This document shows positions 1 through 12,443 of a stretch of DNA of 64,000 nucleotides, one piece after another. The stretch is from Eledone cirrhosa (taxonomy: Eukaryota). The stretch lies in the NCBI GenBank assembly GCA_964016885.1, contig OZ024742.1, positions 101,804,001 through 101,868,000 on the forward strand, written 5' to 3'. Numbering within the stretch: position 1 is the first letter of the stretch; the number at the start of each line of letters is the position of its first letter. The translations under genes were made by a program, and so were the position numbers. The notes beneath the pieces were generated by a model, which made no database searches, was not told where the DNA came from, and worked only from the letters and a program-made list of their open reading frames with translations.

Positions 1-199
1 GAAAGAAAGAAAGAAAGGAAGGTCATGGTATGAGAAACTGTAATACTGTGACCTTGTTAAATAGATTAAAGTTTAATGTATTCAATGAAAGTAAGTTTAT
101 TGATCATCAGAAAGCTTTGTTCTGAATGTGTCAGATGTCAGTAATTTAAGATGTACCACATTAATTTCTCCCCCTTTTCATTAGCACCACAGGCCATCA

Positions 200-368
200 A
201 CACCACCGCCACCATCATCACCACCACCATTACCACCTCCTCATCCTCAATCTCACCCCCTCACCCTCCTCATCCTCCAAAACCAACTCTTAGTCATCAT
301 CATCAGTAGCAGCAGTGGCAACATCCACCCCTTCTTCTTCTTCTTCTTCTTCTTCTTCTTCTTCTTCT
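200..368. repeat. (CAC/CAT)-rich low-complexity tract followed by (CTT)n
   Basis: Direct reading; pure CTT run at ~332-368. Confidence 0.85.
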
Positions 369-399
369 GTAAGAAGGAAGTTCTCTACAACACAAGAGA

Positions 400-710
400 T
401 GCTGTACAAGCAACAATGGCCAATCCTCTTTCACCATTGGTCCCTAACCTGGCAAAGTCAGCAGCTTCACTAAATATAATATTACATCTGGCTAGGTCAC
501 CTTTAACATAGGAAATATATCTCTTCTTTCTTGCAAATCTCCCACAATATCATTACACTCTGTAGCTTGATATTTTCCTGATATTCAAAACAAGTGCCCA
601 ATAGTATATTTGGTTTTCTTAAAACACCCACAATAAGAATTAATCTTCTTGAATGTAAAATGCTATCAGCTGAGAAAGTCTTTTGCAAATAGCTGGACAT
701 AGAGAAATGT
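400..710 (-). mobile_element. Highly degenerate RLE-type non-LTR retrotransposon remnant (continues at ~1901-1945, interrupted by the CRE-like element)
   Basis: Joining the flanks across the TSD gives frameshifted peptides NSIL..., LFAKDFLS/DSILHSRRLILI, TCFE, NDIVGDLQE, resembling the RHNS..PD..E..K RLE region. Weak similarity. Confidence 0.3.
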
Positions 711-718
711 AACTAGTC

Positions 719-1892
719 TATTTTTTTTTTTTCAATATATTAAATAAAATTTTATTCATAGTTGCACAAACAACATTACAAATCATTTGCAATTCCTTCA
801 GAATGAAAGTATAAACAGAGCATATAAGTAAATTTACAGTAGAACAACATAACAAATATGTTTTAAATATATACATAAATAACATTACAAATGCTTCGGT
901 AACACTATAAAGGATGATAGAATGAAAGATATATTCTTTTAATGTTACAATATTAAAGAAAATGTAAAGGAAGGGGTGAACAACGGAGCCAACACCAGAG
1001 CAAAAGACAGCAACGTCGCGAGTACTGGGCAACCTCTCTAATGATTTTTGAGGCAACCCAGCACAATTGCAACATTGCCTCAGGTGATGGCGAGGCTGAT
1101 GCGCTGAAACAGCCAAGCACCCTCGCGAGATTCGCCAGTCTTCCTCTATTAGGCGAGCCGCCAGTGAGGAAAGGAACCTCACAGTCAGTGGCCCGACTCC
1201 CCCAAACGTCTCGAAAGCCTCAGGCTGAAAAGTGTAGCTGGCCGACAGATCAGAGTATTTGAGGGTCTTACTCCACTCGGCTGCAGAAGCTGTGGCTCTC
1301 ATCCTAACCGCAGCATCCAGGATGTGGGAAAGAGCAAAAGAGTCACTAACAGTGACGTCCCAGACAAGGACCTGCCTCTCGACCAGGGGCACAGGGTAAG
1401 ACCGTCAGGTCTTTTGCCGTCACTTCTGGACAACCCAGATGGTTCCAAGACTGAGGGGATATTCGCCCGGGCCAAAGCTCTCTTCAGAATGAGGTTTAGC
1501 TCCGTGTGACGTGCGAAACGGCCGGCATTCAGGCGGCAAGAAAGACCGTGGAGGCCTGTAGAGTCGAGGAGTTTGCCACATTTGGCACCTCAAACCCATG
1601 AAGACGTCAGCTCCCACTCTGAGGGCGATGGAGACATGAAGTTCGTCCAGGCTGAGTAGGCCACCAACGTTGGCCACGGGTAGGGCATCGACCCAGTCGA
1701 CTGAGTATTAGGCGCTGCCAGATAGTAAGTGGCACCTTGCAAACTGATCTGACTGGATGAAGAGGGAGTCGAAGGTGGCCTTCGAACTTATGCTGTCCCA
1801 AGCTCTCTGACTTTGACTGTCCTCCACCTTCTCAGGAAGAGACAAGCCTAACTCACTCCATTGCTGGAGAGCTTCACCCAACTCCCTATTGG
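719..1892 (-). mobile_element. 5'-truncated CRE-like non-LTR retrotransposon (zinc knuckle + restriction-like endonuclease), frameshifted
   Basis: Minus-strand peptides [53 protein letters not shown] and FQPEAFETFGGVG; poly(A) tail (T run 721-732); TSD AACTAGTC at 711-718 and 1893-1900. Confidence 0.85.
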
Positions 1893-2224
1893 AACTAGTC
1901 CATGTTGGAGAGGAGAGGATGCTGTTCATAATATATTCTGGGATAGTTTTCCTAGATTTAACCCTTTTGATATCAAACCTCTTGAAACCACTCCTGATTC
2001 TATGATTCAAAACTTTATTTTAAAGTGTTTATATTTATCTAAAAAATTTGCCAATATAATTTTATGTAAGAACTTTTAAGTATAAACTCTCATAATATAA
2101 ACAAGAAATCTTATAAGTCTCATAACTTGATAAATGTATTTCCTCTTCCATCCAGTATCTCTCTTGTTTAGTTACTTATTTAAATGTGGTTTTCTTCTGT
2201 TCCTCTTTGGAAAACAATTGAAAT

Positions 2225-3261
2225 TTATAACGTAGCGGGATCTCAGGAAGCTTAACTAAGAATGTAGGCTTCACATGTAGCAACTGTGCTGGGACAGCAA
2301 GCAGAAAACAGCCACAGGAAACAAGTACCACCAAACTCTGGGAGGGGTCTGTAGAAACAGTAGACAGCTTCTGCTACCTAGGTGACCGAATTAGCAGCGG
2401 AGGTGAGTGTTCGGAAAGTACAATAACTAGGGTAAGAACGGGATGGAAGAAGTTCAGGGAGCTACTGCCACTGCTAGCTGCAAAAGGCTTTTCCCTCAAA
2501 ATGAAAGGCAGACAGTATGATGCGTGTATACGAACAGCAATGTTACATGGTAGTGAGACCTGGGCGCTGAAGGTGGAAGACTTGCGTAGATTAGAAAGAA
2601 ATGAAGCCTGCATGCTCCGATGGATGTGTAATAGTAATATACGCGAATGGCAAAGCATAAATGAATTGAGAGAGAGACTGAGCATAAGAGGAATCAAATG
2701 CTGTGTGCAGGAGAGGCGGTTGCATTGGTATGAACATGTGATGCGTATGAAGGATGACAGCTGCATAAAAAGGTGCAGAGCACTAGAAGTCGATTGAAAT
2801 CGCAGAGTGGGGAGACCCAAGAAGACCTGGGATGAGGTGATAAAAGCCGACATAACCCAATTACACCTCTCAAAGGCGATGACACACGACCGTGACCTCT
2901 GGTGTCACACAGTAATACAGAAGACCTGACTCCCCACGGGTACAAGCCGAAGCTGAAGCATATAGACAATATGCCCCCCACACCCTCCCACTGCAAAGTG
3001 GTCGTGGAGGCGCCACGGCAAAAAAGCACCCAGCTCACACTGTAAAGTGGACGTGTAGGCGCCACGGAAAAAGCACCCAGCACTCACTGTAAATGAGGTT
3101 GGTGTTAGGAAGGGCATCCAGCTGTAGAAATCAAGCTAAAATCAGTTCCCGTATGAGCAAGACAAGGTGAGCCGACTGGACACTGCCCACAACAGGACAA
3201 CCCGTCTAACCCATGCTAGCATGGAAGAACGGACGTAAAACGGTGATGATGATGATGATGA
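2225..3261 (+). mobile_element. RTE-clade LINE 3' fragment with 3' UTR and (GAT)n tail
   Basis: ORF 2501-2797 (MLHGSETWAL..LRWMC..RLHWYEHVMRM); tail motif GGAAGGGCATCCAGCTGTAGAAA; terminal CCATGCTAGCATGG hairpin; GAT repeats. Confidence 0.9.
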
Positions 3262-3401
3262 ATGCCAGGAGCAAATTGGCTTTTAAAAGTAAACTACAAC
3301 CAGTGATTTTTCATTAATCACCACAATAGTAAATTAGACATACAGTGAAAAAATGTAGATACTACCAAATACTCATTCTCTCCCATATACACATATATTT
3401 A

Positions 3402-3730
3402 GCCGAAGCTGAAGCATATAGACAATATGCCCCACCCCTCCCACTGCATATGGAAAGGAGTGAGGGCATATTGTCTATTTACAGTGTGGGCTGGGTGCCA
3501 TGGAAAAAAAGCACCCAGCCCACACTGTAAAGTGGACGTGTAAGCGCCATGGAAAAAAAGCGCCCAGCACTCACTGTAAATGAGGTTGGTGTTGGGAAAT
3601 CAAGCCAGAATCAATTCCTGTATGAGCAAGGCAAGGTCAGCCGACTGGACACTGCCCACAACAGGACAACCCATCTAACCCACGCTAGCGTGGAAGAACG
3701 GGCATAAAACGGTGATGTTGATGATGATGA
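3402..3730 (+). mobile_element. Second RTE 3' UTR/tail copy
   Basis: Closely similar to 2946-3261 (AGCCGAAGCTGAAGCATATAGACAATATGCCC...GATGATGA). Confidence 0.85.
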
Positions 3731-4099
3731 TACACTTTTAAGTTATGTTCCTAACACTAGTTTGAAATGAGAATCATCATAATCATTTTTTCGTCTATTT
3801 TTCCACACTTGCATGGGTTGGACGAAAGATTGTTAGTTATATTTTGCTAAGCTATGTTATAAATATCCTTATAATGAAATAATTGATAATTTTAGTAAAT
3901 CCCTCTTAATTCTTCATTAATTAATTTAAATGGAGTATATCTTGTTAGAAAGATGGTAACAAAAGTGTTAAATATGCAATCTTGTATTGGAATATGATCC
4001 AGATATTGAATCAATTCCCAATAAATTTTGAAGTAAAAAATCACATTGTGTCAGAAAAAAGCTAACTAAATTCATGTATTTTGGTTTATAATAAAGCAT

Positions 4100-4300
4100 G
4101 TGGTTCTGATAGTCTCCATACTTCATGGCATAGAGTGATGGACCTTTACATTGTGAGTTCAAATCCCGCTGAGGTTAGCTTTGCCTTTCATCCTTACAGG
4201 GTTGATAAATAAAGCACCAGTAACGCACTGGGGTCAATTTTATTGATTTTCCCCTCCCCAAGATTGGTGGCATTGTGCCTAAAGTAGAAATATTATTATT
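4100..4300 (+). mobile_element. tRNA-derived SINE of the family with central TTGCCTTTCATCCTT..GGGTCGATAAA domain (Meta-domain-like)
   Basis: B-box-like GAGTTCAAATCC, shared central motif, (ATT)n tail; further fragments at ~4410-4510, 5280-5380 and 7420-7540. Confidence 0.75.
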
Positions 4301-4842
4301 TTTATATATATTTTATTTTTAAATTTTTTCATTGTTAAATTGATTTTGTTATTGTGTATTTTCACTCAATCTTATTGTAAACCCCCCATGGCCAATAAAT
4401 GAAATCATTGACTTTGCCTTTCATCCTTACGGGGTCGATAAAATAAAGTACCAGTAATGCACTGGGTAATTGCTGGCCTTGTGCCTAAAGTAGACACAAT
4501 TATTATTATTGTTATTTATTTGAAACTTCCTTTGAATTCTGCTCCTTTCCCAAATCATGCCAAGTGTCAACCTGACACCAAAGGCAAAACTTGATAATAC
4601 ACACATTTTACAATCAATTGTCATACAAATGATACACCACAAGGGCATAAACAACGGTAAATGTCTTTGCAGGGTTTAAAACTGATAAAACCCTTCTCAG
4701 GACTTGCACCGTGCCAGTCAACACTATTTTCTGTATCTCTTGCAGAGAGGGCTTTCCATGTATTTGGTCCAAATATTTTTCAGTTTCCATTTTTGTAATT
4801 CCAAGTTTGTCAATAATTTATTATTATTATTAATATTCTTGT

Positions 4843-5071
4843 AAGGGCTGTGGATTGGCAGTATCGGTATAGAGAGTTGGACACCATGCTTTGCAGCATA
4901 GAGTTACGGTCCTTTACAGTCTGATTTCAAATCTTGCCGAGGTTAACTTTGCCTTTCATCCTTACAGGGTCAATAAAATAAAACACCAGTAATGTACTGG
5001 GGTCAATTTAATCGACTTTCTTCCCCACCAAATTACTGACCTTGTGCCTATACTAGAAATCATTATTATTA
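4843..5071 (+). mobile_element. Near-complete SINE of the same family
   Basis: Head GGGCTGTGGATTGGCAGTATCGGTA, central motif, ATT tail; reverse-complement match to 17723-17930. Confidence 0.8.
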
Positions 5072-5635
5072 TTCTTATATATTTTATTTTTATATTCTTT
5101 CATTGTGAAATGTTTTTGTTTTTGTGTATTTTCACTCAATTTTATTTTAAACCCCCACCGTCCCTGTCTTTGTATTGTCCCCTATATGTCGGCCCTTGTG
5201 GTCAATAAATGAAATCATCATCATCATCATTATTATTATTATTATTATTATTTTTATTTTTTTAATTTTTATTATTATATAGGTTGATAAACTAAAGTAC
5301 CAGTTAAGTACTGGAGTTGATATAATCAGCTGTCCCGGTTCCCTAAATTGCTGGCCTTGTGCAAAAATTAGAAATCATTATGGTTTTAGCTAAAAATGGC
5401 TCTTCAAACTGAAACAGTTTCCTCCACCTCCCCTGCTATATAACAATATATATTTAGCTTTCCTCTAAAATAATTTTATGGGTTATAATTTCTGAGAGAA
5501 CATATGTGCCTCACAATCAAAGGATTCTATTTAGTTTTGGCACTTTCTGTCAATATCTAGAATGAATACTTTGATGGTGAAAATCTGGCAATAAGTGTAT
5601 GAGAAAATTATGTAACATGGATATAGTAATCATAC

Positions 5636-5725
5636 ATGTGGTTGCAGGTTCCATTCCTTTAAGGCAAGCATCTTCTACTATAGCCATTAATTGACCAATA
5701 CCATGTAAGTGAAATTTGGAAACTG
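5636..5725 (+). mobile_element. Degenerate CORE-type SINE fragment
   Basis: GGCAAGCATCTTCTACTATAGCC...GGAAACTG, similar to the copy at ~18590-18710. Confidence 0.5.
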
Positions 5726-6960
5726 AGCAGAGGTATATACTACTAAGCAGAGGTATATACTACTGAGTCGAGCTATATACTACTGAGTCGAGCTATATAG
5801 TACTGAACAGAGGTATATACTACTGAGCAGAAGTAAATACTACTGAGCAGAAGTATATACTACTGAGCAGAGGTATATAGTACTGAGCATAGGTATATAG
5901 TACTGAGCAGAGGTATATAGTACTGAGCAGAGGTATATAGTACTGAACAGGGGTATATAGTACTGAGCGGAGGTATATCGTACTGACCAGAGGTATGTAG
6001 TACTGAGCAGAGGTATATAGTACTGAGCAGAGGTATATACAATTGAGCAGAGGTATATAGTACTGAACAGAGATATATAGTACTGAGCAGAGGTATATAC
6101 TACTGAGCAGAGATATATAGTACTGAGCAGAGGTATATAGTACTGAGCAGAGGTATATACTACTGAGCAGAGGTATATAGCACTGAGCAGAGGTATATAG
6201 TACTGAGCAGAGGTATATAGTACTGAACAGAGGTATATAGTACTGAGGAGAGATATATAGTACTGAGTAGAGGTATATACAATTGAGCAGAGGTATATAG
6301 TACTGAGCAGAGGTATATAGTACTGAGCAGAGGTATATAGTACTGAACAGAGGTATATAGTACTGAGGAGAGGTATATAGTACTGAACAGGGGTATATAG
6401 TACTGAGCGGAGGTATATCGTACTGACCAGAGGTATGTAGTACTGAGCAGAGGTATATAGTACTGAGCAGAGGTATATACAATTGAGCAGAGGTATATAG
6501 TACTGAACAGAGATATATAGTACTGAGCAGAGGTATATACTACTGAGCAGAGATATATAGTACTGAGCAGAGGTATATAGTACTGAGCAGAGGTATATAC
6601 TACTGAGCAGAGGTATATAGCACTGAGCAGAGGTATATACAATTGAGCAGAGGTATATAGTACTGAACAGAGGTATATAGTACTGAGGAGAGGTATATAG
6701 TACTGAGTAGAGGTATATACAATTGAGCAGAGGTATATAGTACTGAGCAGAGGTATATAGTACTGAGCAGAGGTATATAGTACTGAACAGAGGTATATAG
6801 TACTGAGGAGAGGTATATAGTACTGAGCAGAGGTATATAGTACTGAGCAGAGGTATATACTACTGAACAGAGGTATATAGTACTGAGGAGAGGTATATAG
6901 TACTGAACAGAGGTATATAGTACTGAGGAGAGGTATATAGTACTGAGCAGAGGTATATAG
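5721..6960. repeat. 20-bp minisatellite (TACTGAGCAGAGGTATATAG), ~62 units, with a 440-bp higher-order duplication
   Basis: Exact 20-bp period; variant units recur at +440 bp. Confidence 0.97.
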
Positions 6961-7166
6961 TTGTAGCCATCAGAACACAAAGAGCCAGTACAGATATCAT
7001 AAAAGCATCCTATCTAACACTCAGATAATTTTGTAATATAGTGAATTGAAAACCTCCAATGAACTGAGATTACTCTTGATAATTATAAGACAAAAACTAT
7101 CACTAAGAATGTTTAACCCTTTTGACAGAAACCTGTTCAAAACTCTATGAAATGTAATCACCTATT

Positions 7167-7391
7167 TTAACCCTTTAACATTTACATTACTCTATATTTA
7201 CCATTGTATTTTTGTGGTAAAGGCTTTATCTTACATAATATCTCACATAATATCGAATCTATGAGATTTTGATATTTATTTTGAGGACAATACCTTAACA
7301 TCAGTATGAGTGACTAGTTACAGCCAGTTTGAACAGAAAGAGGTGAGAGGATTCTGGTCGGATACAGACGGTATAAATGCTAAAGAGTTAA
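7167..7391. mobile_element. piggyBac-type MITE with TTAA TSDs, nested in an older related element starting ~7113
   Basis: TTAA|CCCTTTAACATTTA ... TAAATGCTAAAGAG|TTAA; related termini at ~1958 and ~17556. Confidence 0.7.
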
Positions 7392-8104
7392 AGGGTTCCT
7401 ATCATATTTTACATTATAGATGCAGCAAATTGAGAGTCATTAGAATGTCAGATAAAATGCTTTGCAGTATTTGCTCTGTCTCTCTGCTCTTTCAGTTCAA
7501 ATCCTGCCGAGGTCAACTTTGCCTTTCATCCATTTGAGGTCTGCCAGGTTTTTTTTTTAAATTCCTAAGGAATGCCGTATGTCAATATGACATCCTTTCA
7601 ATGCCATTAAGAATTACATTTTATATTACAATCTTCCAATATAATTTGATGTAAGAGCCTTTTGTTAAATTATATTAGAAATACCATTGAGATAATTAAC
7701 AATTTTAGTAAATTTTTCCATATTTTCATTAATCAATTCAAATACAATGTATTTCTTAATAAATATGATTATGAAAGTGTTAAAATCTAAAAAGCATACA
7801 AAAGAGATGATTCCAATGATATAAACTATTCCACATTTAAAAAAAATATAAATAATACAATTAGGAGTGTATCTTGTCTTTGTGTGAGTGAGTCTGTGTC
7901 TCTGTCTGTGCTTAAGTTTGTATGGTATGGTATAGACCTGTAACTCCCGTGGGAGCCATAAGGGTGCACTATTGACATACAGCGTTTCTCTGGGTATTTT
8001 AAAACCTGGTGGAGCCCATCCCCATTCCAGGTCTGAGTACAGCAGATTTCTTCCAGAGAAGGATAGAGAGTGGGAGAAAGGAAGAAAGAGATATAGAGGA
8101 AGAA

Positions 8105-8263
8105 TTAATCTCAGTACTAGACTGGTACTTTCCTTTATGGACCTCAAATAGATGAAAGGCAAAGCTGAGCTCGGCAGGATTTGAATTGAGAGAGCAGGGT
8201 GCTGGAACAGACACTGCAAAGGACTCTATTAAATGTTCAAATGACTCTGCCAATTCACTGCCT
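8105..8263 (-). mobile_element. SINE of the GCCTTTCATC family
   Basis: Reverse complement contains TTCAAATCCTGCCGAG, TTTGCCTTTCATC and AAGTACCAG. Confidence 0.7.
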
Positions 8264-8565
8264 TGTGCTTAAGTTTATACTAGTGTAAAAACTGGTGTTG
8301 TTCATACTGTCGTCCTTTATGTCTTGTAACCGAATAGTCCTACTAATAGAAATAGAAGAATAAATACCAGATTGAAGTAATTTCTGAAGTAAATGATTTG
8401 GTCAACAGAAAGCTGTAATGTCTGTCCTAGCATGGACATGGTTCACTGATTGAAGTCAGTAAAAAATAAAGAAAGTAGACGTGTTCCATAACCTTTTTGT
8501 TACCTGTCTAATCCATGCAGACATGGAAAAGTGAACATAAAACACTGATGATGATGATGACAATG

Positions 8566-8615
<50 letters not shown>

Positions 8616-8617
<2 letters not shown>

Positions 8618-8695
8618 AAAAGGTAAACAGAAATAACAACACAATCAGTACAGTATATGGAAGGAATATATTAGGTTAACACTTGAAATAGCTAT
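8616..8695 (-). mobile_element. Fragment of the Penelope-like terminal repeat family seen at 16007-16080
   Basis: GTAAAAGGTAAACAGAAATAAC..CAGTATATGGAAGG..TATTAGGTTAA shared with 16007-16080. Confidence 0.55.
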
Positions 8696-9039
8696 TGCAC
8701 CAAGAAAAATATAGACTTTGTCGAGAAAGGTGAGTAGGAATTTATTGGCTTTAACATATGTTTCTGTGTCTATTATAATTGTCTACATATGCTGACTACA
8801 ATATATATTGTTCAATCACATGTAATACTTAATTATTTATCACATGTCTTCAGAAAGCTTATAATTGTTTGTGGTAGTGTCCTTCTACCATGTGGTAGAA
8901 TTCAGGAATGAGATGTTCAGTATAAAAATGGTATTTACGTTTAAGAAAATAAAATAGAACAAGAATAAATCAAGATGACAATAAAATAAAATAGAATAAA
9001 ATAAAAAAAACTGTAAGTTAGTGTGATAAGTAGAGATAT

Positions 9040-12000
9040 GTACCGTTCCCACCCACCAAATGCAATCCAAAACTTCAGAGTTGGTACCATGAATGTAGGC
9101 ACCTTAAAAGGTCGCTCTAACGAGGTTGTAGAAATGCTTGAACGTAAGGAGGTTGATGTTTGCTGTATCCAAGAGACCAGGTGGAGGGGTGGGTCTGCTA
9201 GATTCATTGTGGGTAAAAAAACGATGCTATAAGCTTTTCTGGGTGGGAAATGACAATGGGTTGGGTGGGGTAGGAATCATGTTAGCAGAAAAATGGGTAG
9301 ATAAGATAATAGATGTAAATAGAGTGAACGACAGAATAATTAAAATAAGACTTGTCCTAAATAGAACTACTGTGACAGTAATATCTGCGTATGCACCCCA
9401 ATCCGGACTGCCTGGCGCCATAAAGGACAGATTCTATGAGACATTGATGTTCACTACCTCCCAAATAACCGACAGTGACTACATAATTATTGCTGGCGAC
9501 CTAAATGGTCACGTTGGACAACATTGTGACGGCTATGACAGAATCCATGGAGGCTATGGGTTTGGTACTAGAAATGAGGAAGGCTCCAGAATCCTGGAAT
9601 TCTGTGACACAAATAACCTAACTATCTGTAACACTAACTTCAAAAAACGAGACAATTACTTGATCACCTATAGATCAGGGGAACACGCCAGTCAGATAGA
9701 TTATATCCTTACCAGAAGATGTGATAGAGTGTCTGTTGTAAACACTAAATCCCTCCCCCATGAAGAATGCACCTCCCAACATAGACTCATAGTCAGCGAC
9801 CTCATAGTCAGGACAAGACGTACTCGACAACAGAGGAGGATTATCCTCAGGAGAAAAATATGGAAGCTAAAGGACCCTACAGCCAGTAATAAATTTAAAA
9901 GCATATTATTTGATGCTTTTGACAGTAAGGAAGAGCAATTAGAGTCGTACAATATAGAGGAACAGTGGGAATTCCTGAAAGCTAACCTGCAGAAGGCGGC
10001 AGATGAACTCTGTGGCTGGAGCAGGCCTATAGGCAGGAGGAGAGTAACGTGGTGGTGGAACAGTAAGGTGGAGGAGTCAATTAAGGCCAAAAAGCAGGCT
10101 TAGAAAGTATGGCAGGATGGGGGAAGTAGAGAAGACTATCAAGTGGCCAGGAGGGAAGCTAGGAGACAAGTGTACTTCGCAAGAAGGGAAGCAGAGGAAA
10201 GAAAGTTCAAGCATGTTCTAAACGCAAGGACCAAAAACGTGAGGTGTTCAGGTTTGCTAGGCAATGTGTAAAGGAAACCGTGATATTGTCGGGGAGAAGT
10301 GTGTCCTTAATGATGATGGTGTACTTGCCATCACTGACACTGATAAGAAGGTAGCTTGGAAGTGTCACTACGAAAGGCTACTAAATGAGGAGAATAAATG
10401 GGAGAAAGACAGTCTCCCCCACATCGATCCAATAGAGGGACTAGCAGTGCTAGTTGAAGGTAGTATAATAAGTAAGGCAATCAAAGATATGAAGACGGGT
10501 AAGGCGGCTGGACCTTCGGAAATAGTTGCTGAAATGCTGAAAGCATCTGGAACGGTGGGACACACTATGGTCACCCGGATAGTAAACCAAGTCATACAGA
10601 ATGGGGTCGTTCCGAAGGACTGGCGTAGCAGCATCATCATTAACTGCTACAAGGGTAAAGGAGATCTCCTAGATAGGGGTAACTATAGAGGCATTAAATT
10701 AATCGACCAGGTCATGAAGGTCACAGAAAAAGTAATAGCGCAACTAATCAGAGAGCGAATTGATCTAGTTGAAATGCAGTTCAGGTTTGTGTCAGGTAAA
10801 AGTACCACAGACACGCTTTTCATTGTACAACAACTACAGGAGAAGTACCTAGCTAAAAGTAAACCCCTATACTTAGCTTTTGTTGACTTGGAGAAAGCCT
10901 TTGACAGAGTCCCCTGCTCCATTATCTGGTGGGCTCTTAGAAAACTAGGTGTTGATGAATGGCTTGTGAGAGCTATACAAGCCATGTATAAAGAAACAGT
11001 CAGCAAGGTAAGAATTAACAACGAATATAGTGAAGAGTTTAGCGTAAAAGTTGGTGTTCATCAGGGCTCCGTCCTTATCCCCCTCCTATTTATTATTGCC
11101 CTTCAGGCTATAACAGAGGAGTTCAAGACCGGCTGCCCATGGGAACTCCTATACGCAGATGATCTAACGCTCATAGCTGAATCAATGGCCGAACTAGAGA
11201 AGAAATTCCAAACATGGAAGCATGGCCTAGAATCAAAAGGCCTTAAAGTTAACTTGTCTAAGACTAAAGTTCTAGTTTGTAGGAAGGAAAATAGGGCAAT
11301 GGCCATGCTCAGTGTGTAGGAAAGGAGTAGGCAGAAACTCCATTTTATGTCCCAAATGCAAAGTGCATAAAAGATGTAGTGGGATCACAGGTAAGCTAAC
11401 TAAGAATATAGATTTCATATATGGCCGGTGCTCTGGTGCAATAAGTAGCAGCAAGTGCCCACAGAATACTAGCTCATTCCATTGCACAGATGGTTCTATA
11501 GAAATAGTGGACACCTTCCGTTACCTGGGTGACAAAATCAGCAGTGAGGGAGGGTGCTCTGAAAGTACAGTAGCTAGAGTCAGAACGGGATGGAAAAAGT
11601 TCAGAGAGCTTATACCACTATTGGCCGCTAAAGGGTTCTCTCTAAAAATGAAAGGTAGGCTGTATGATGCCTGCATACGAACAGCAATGTTACATGGCAG
11701 TGAGACCTGGGCATTGTGTGCAGAGGATATACGCAGACTGGAGAGAAACGAAGCTTGCATGCTCCGCTGGATGTGTAATAGTAATATATGTGAACGGCAA
11801 AGCATAAACGAATAAGAGGGATCAGATATTGTTTACTCGAGAGAAGACTACGTTGGTACGGTCACGTGATGCGCATGAAAGACGACAGCTGTATAAAAAA
11901 GTGCAGGGCGATAAAAATATATGGAAGCCACGGAATAGGCAGACCCAGAAAAACCTGGGACGACTTGATAAATTCCGACCTCACACACTTACACCTCTCC

Positions 12001-12443
12001 AAGACAATGTCACTGGACCGAGATCTTTGGCACTACGCAGTAATACAGAAGATCCGCCTTGCCTAAGTACAAAGCGAAACCTACAATCAGTAGGCACCTC
12101 TAACAAAAATACACCCCCTCCCACTACCTCCACCCCATCCACACCACCCCCTTCAATGTGAAGTTATGTTGGTACCACAACATCCAGGCCGAAACAAATG
12201 AGGTCGTGTAGGTGTCACGACAAAAAAACACACAGTCCACGCTGTAATGTGGCCGTGTAGGTAACACGGTAAAAACCTCCCAGTCCACACTGTAAACGTG
12301 GTTGGTGTTAGGAAGGGCATCCAGCCGTAGAAAATCCGCCAGACAGTCCTATACGAGCAAAACAACCAATCTTGCCTCAAGTGGGAAAACTCCCATCCAA
12401 ACCCATGCAAGCGTGGAAGATGGACGTTAAACGATGATGATGA
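9040..12443 (+). mobile_element. Near-full-length RTE-clade LINE (APE endonuclease, RT, PHD-like finger), disrupted by frameshifts and stops
   Basis: APE motifs GTMNVGTL, IQETRW, YAP, GDLN, IDY, SQH; RT motifs NYRGIKL, DLEKAFD, GVHQG, YADD; 3' UTR with (GAT)n tail; ORF split into 9023-9232, 9138-10103, 10264-11319, 11312-11815 and 11866-12066. Confidence 0.97.

Noticed and set aside
5721-6960. CRISPR-like regular array and its ORFs
   Set aside because: Contiguous 20-bp units, no unique spacers, no cas genes, eukaryotic context.
8805-8860. Hammerhead on the minus strand (CTGAAGA + 9-bp stem)
   Set aside because: No GAAA after the stem and no stem I pairing.
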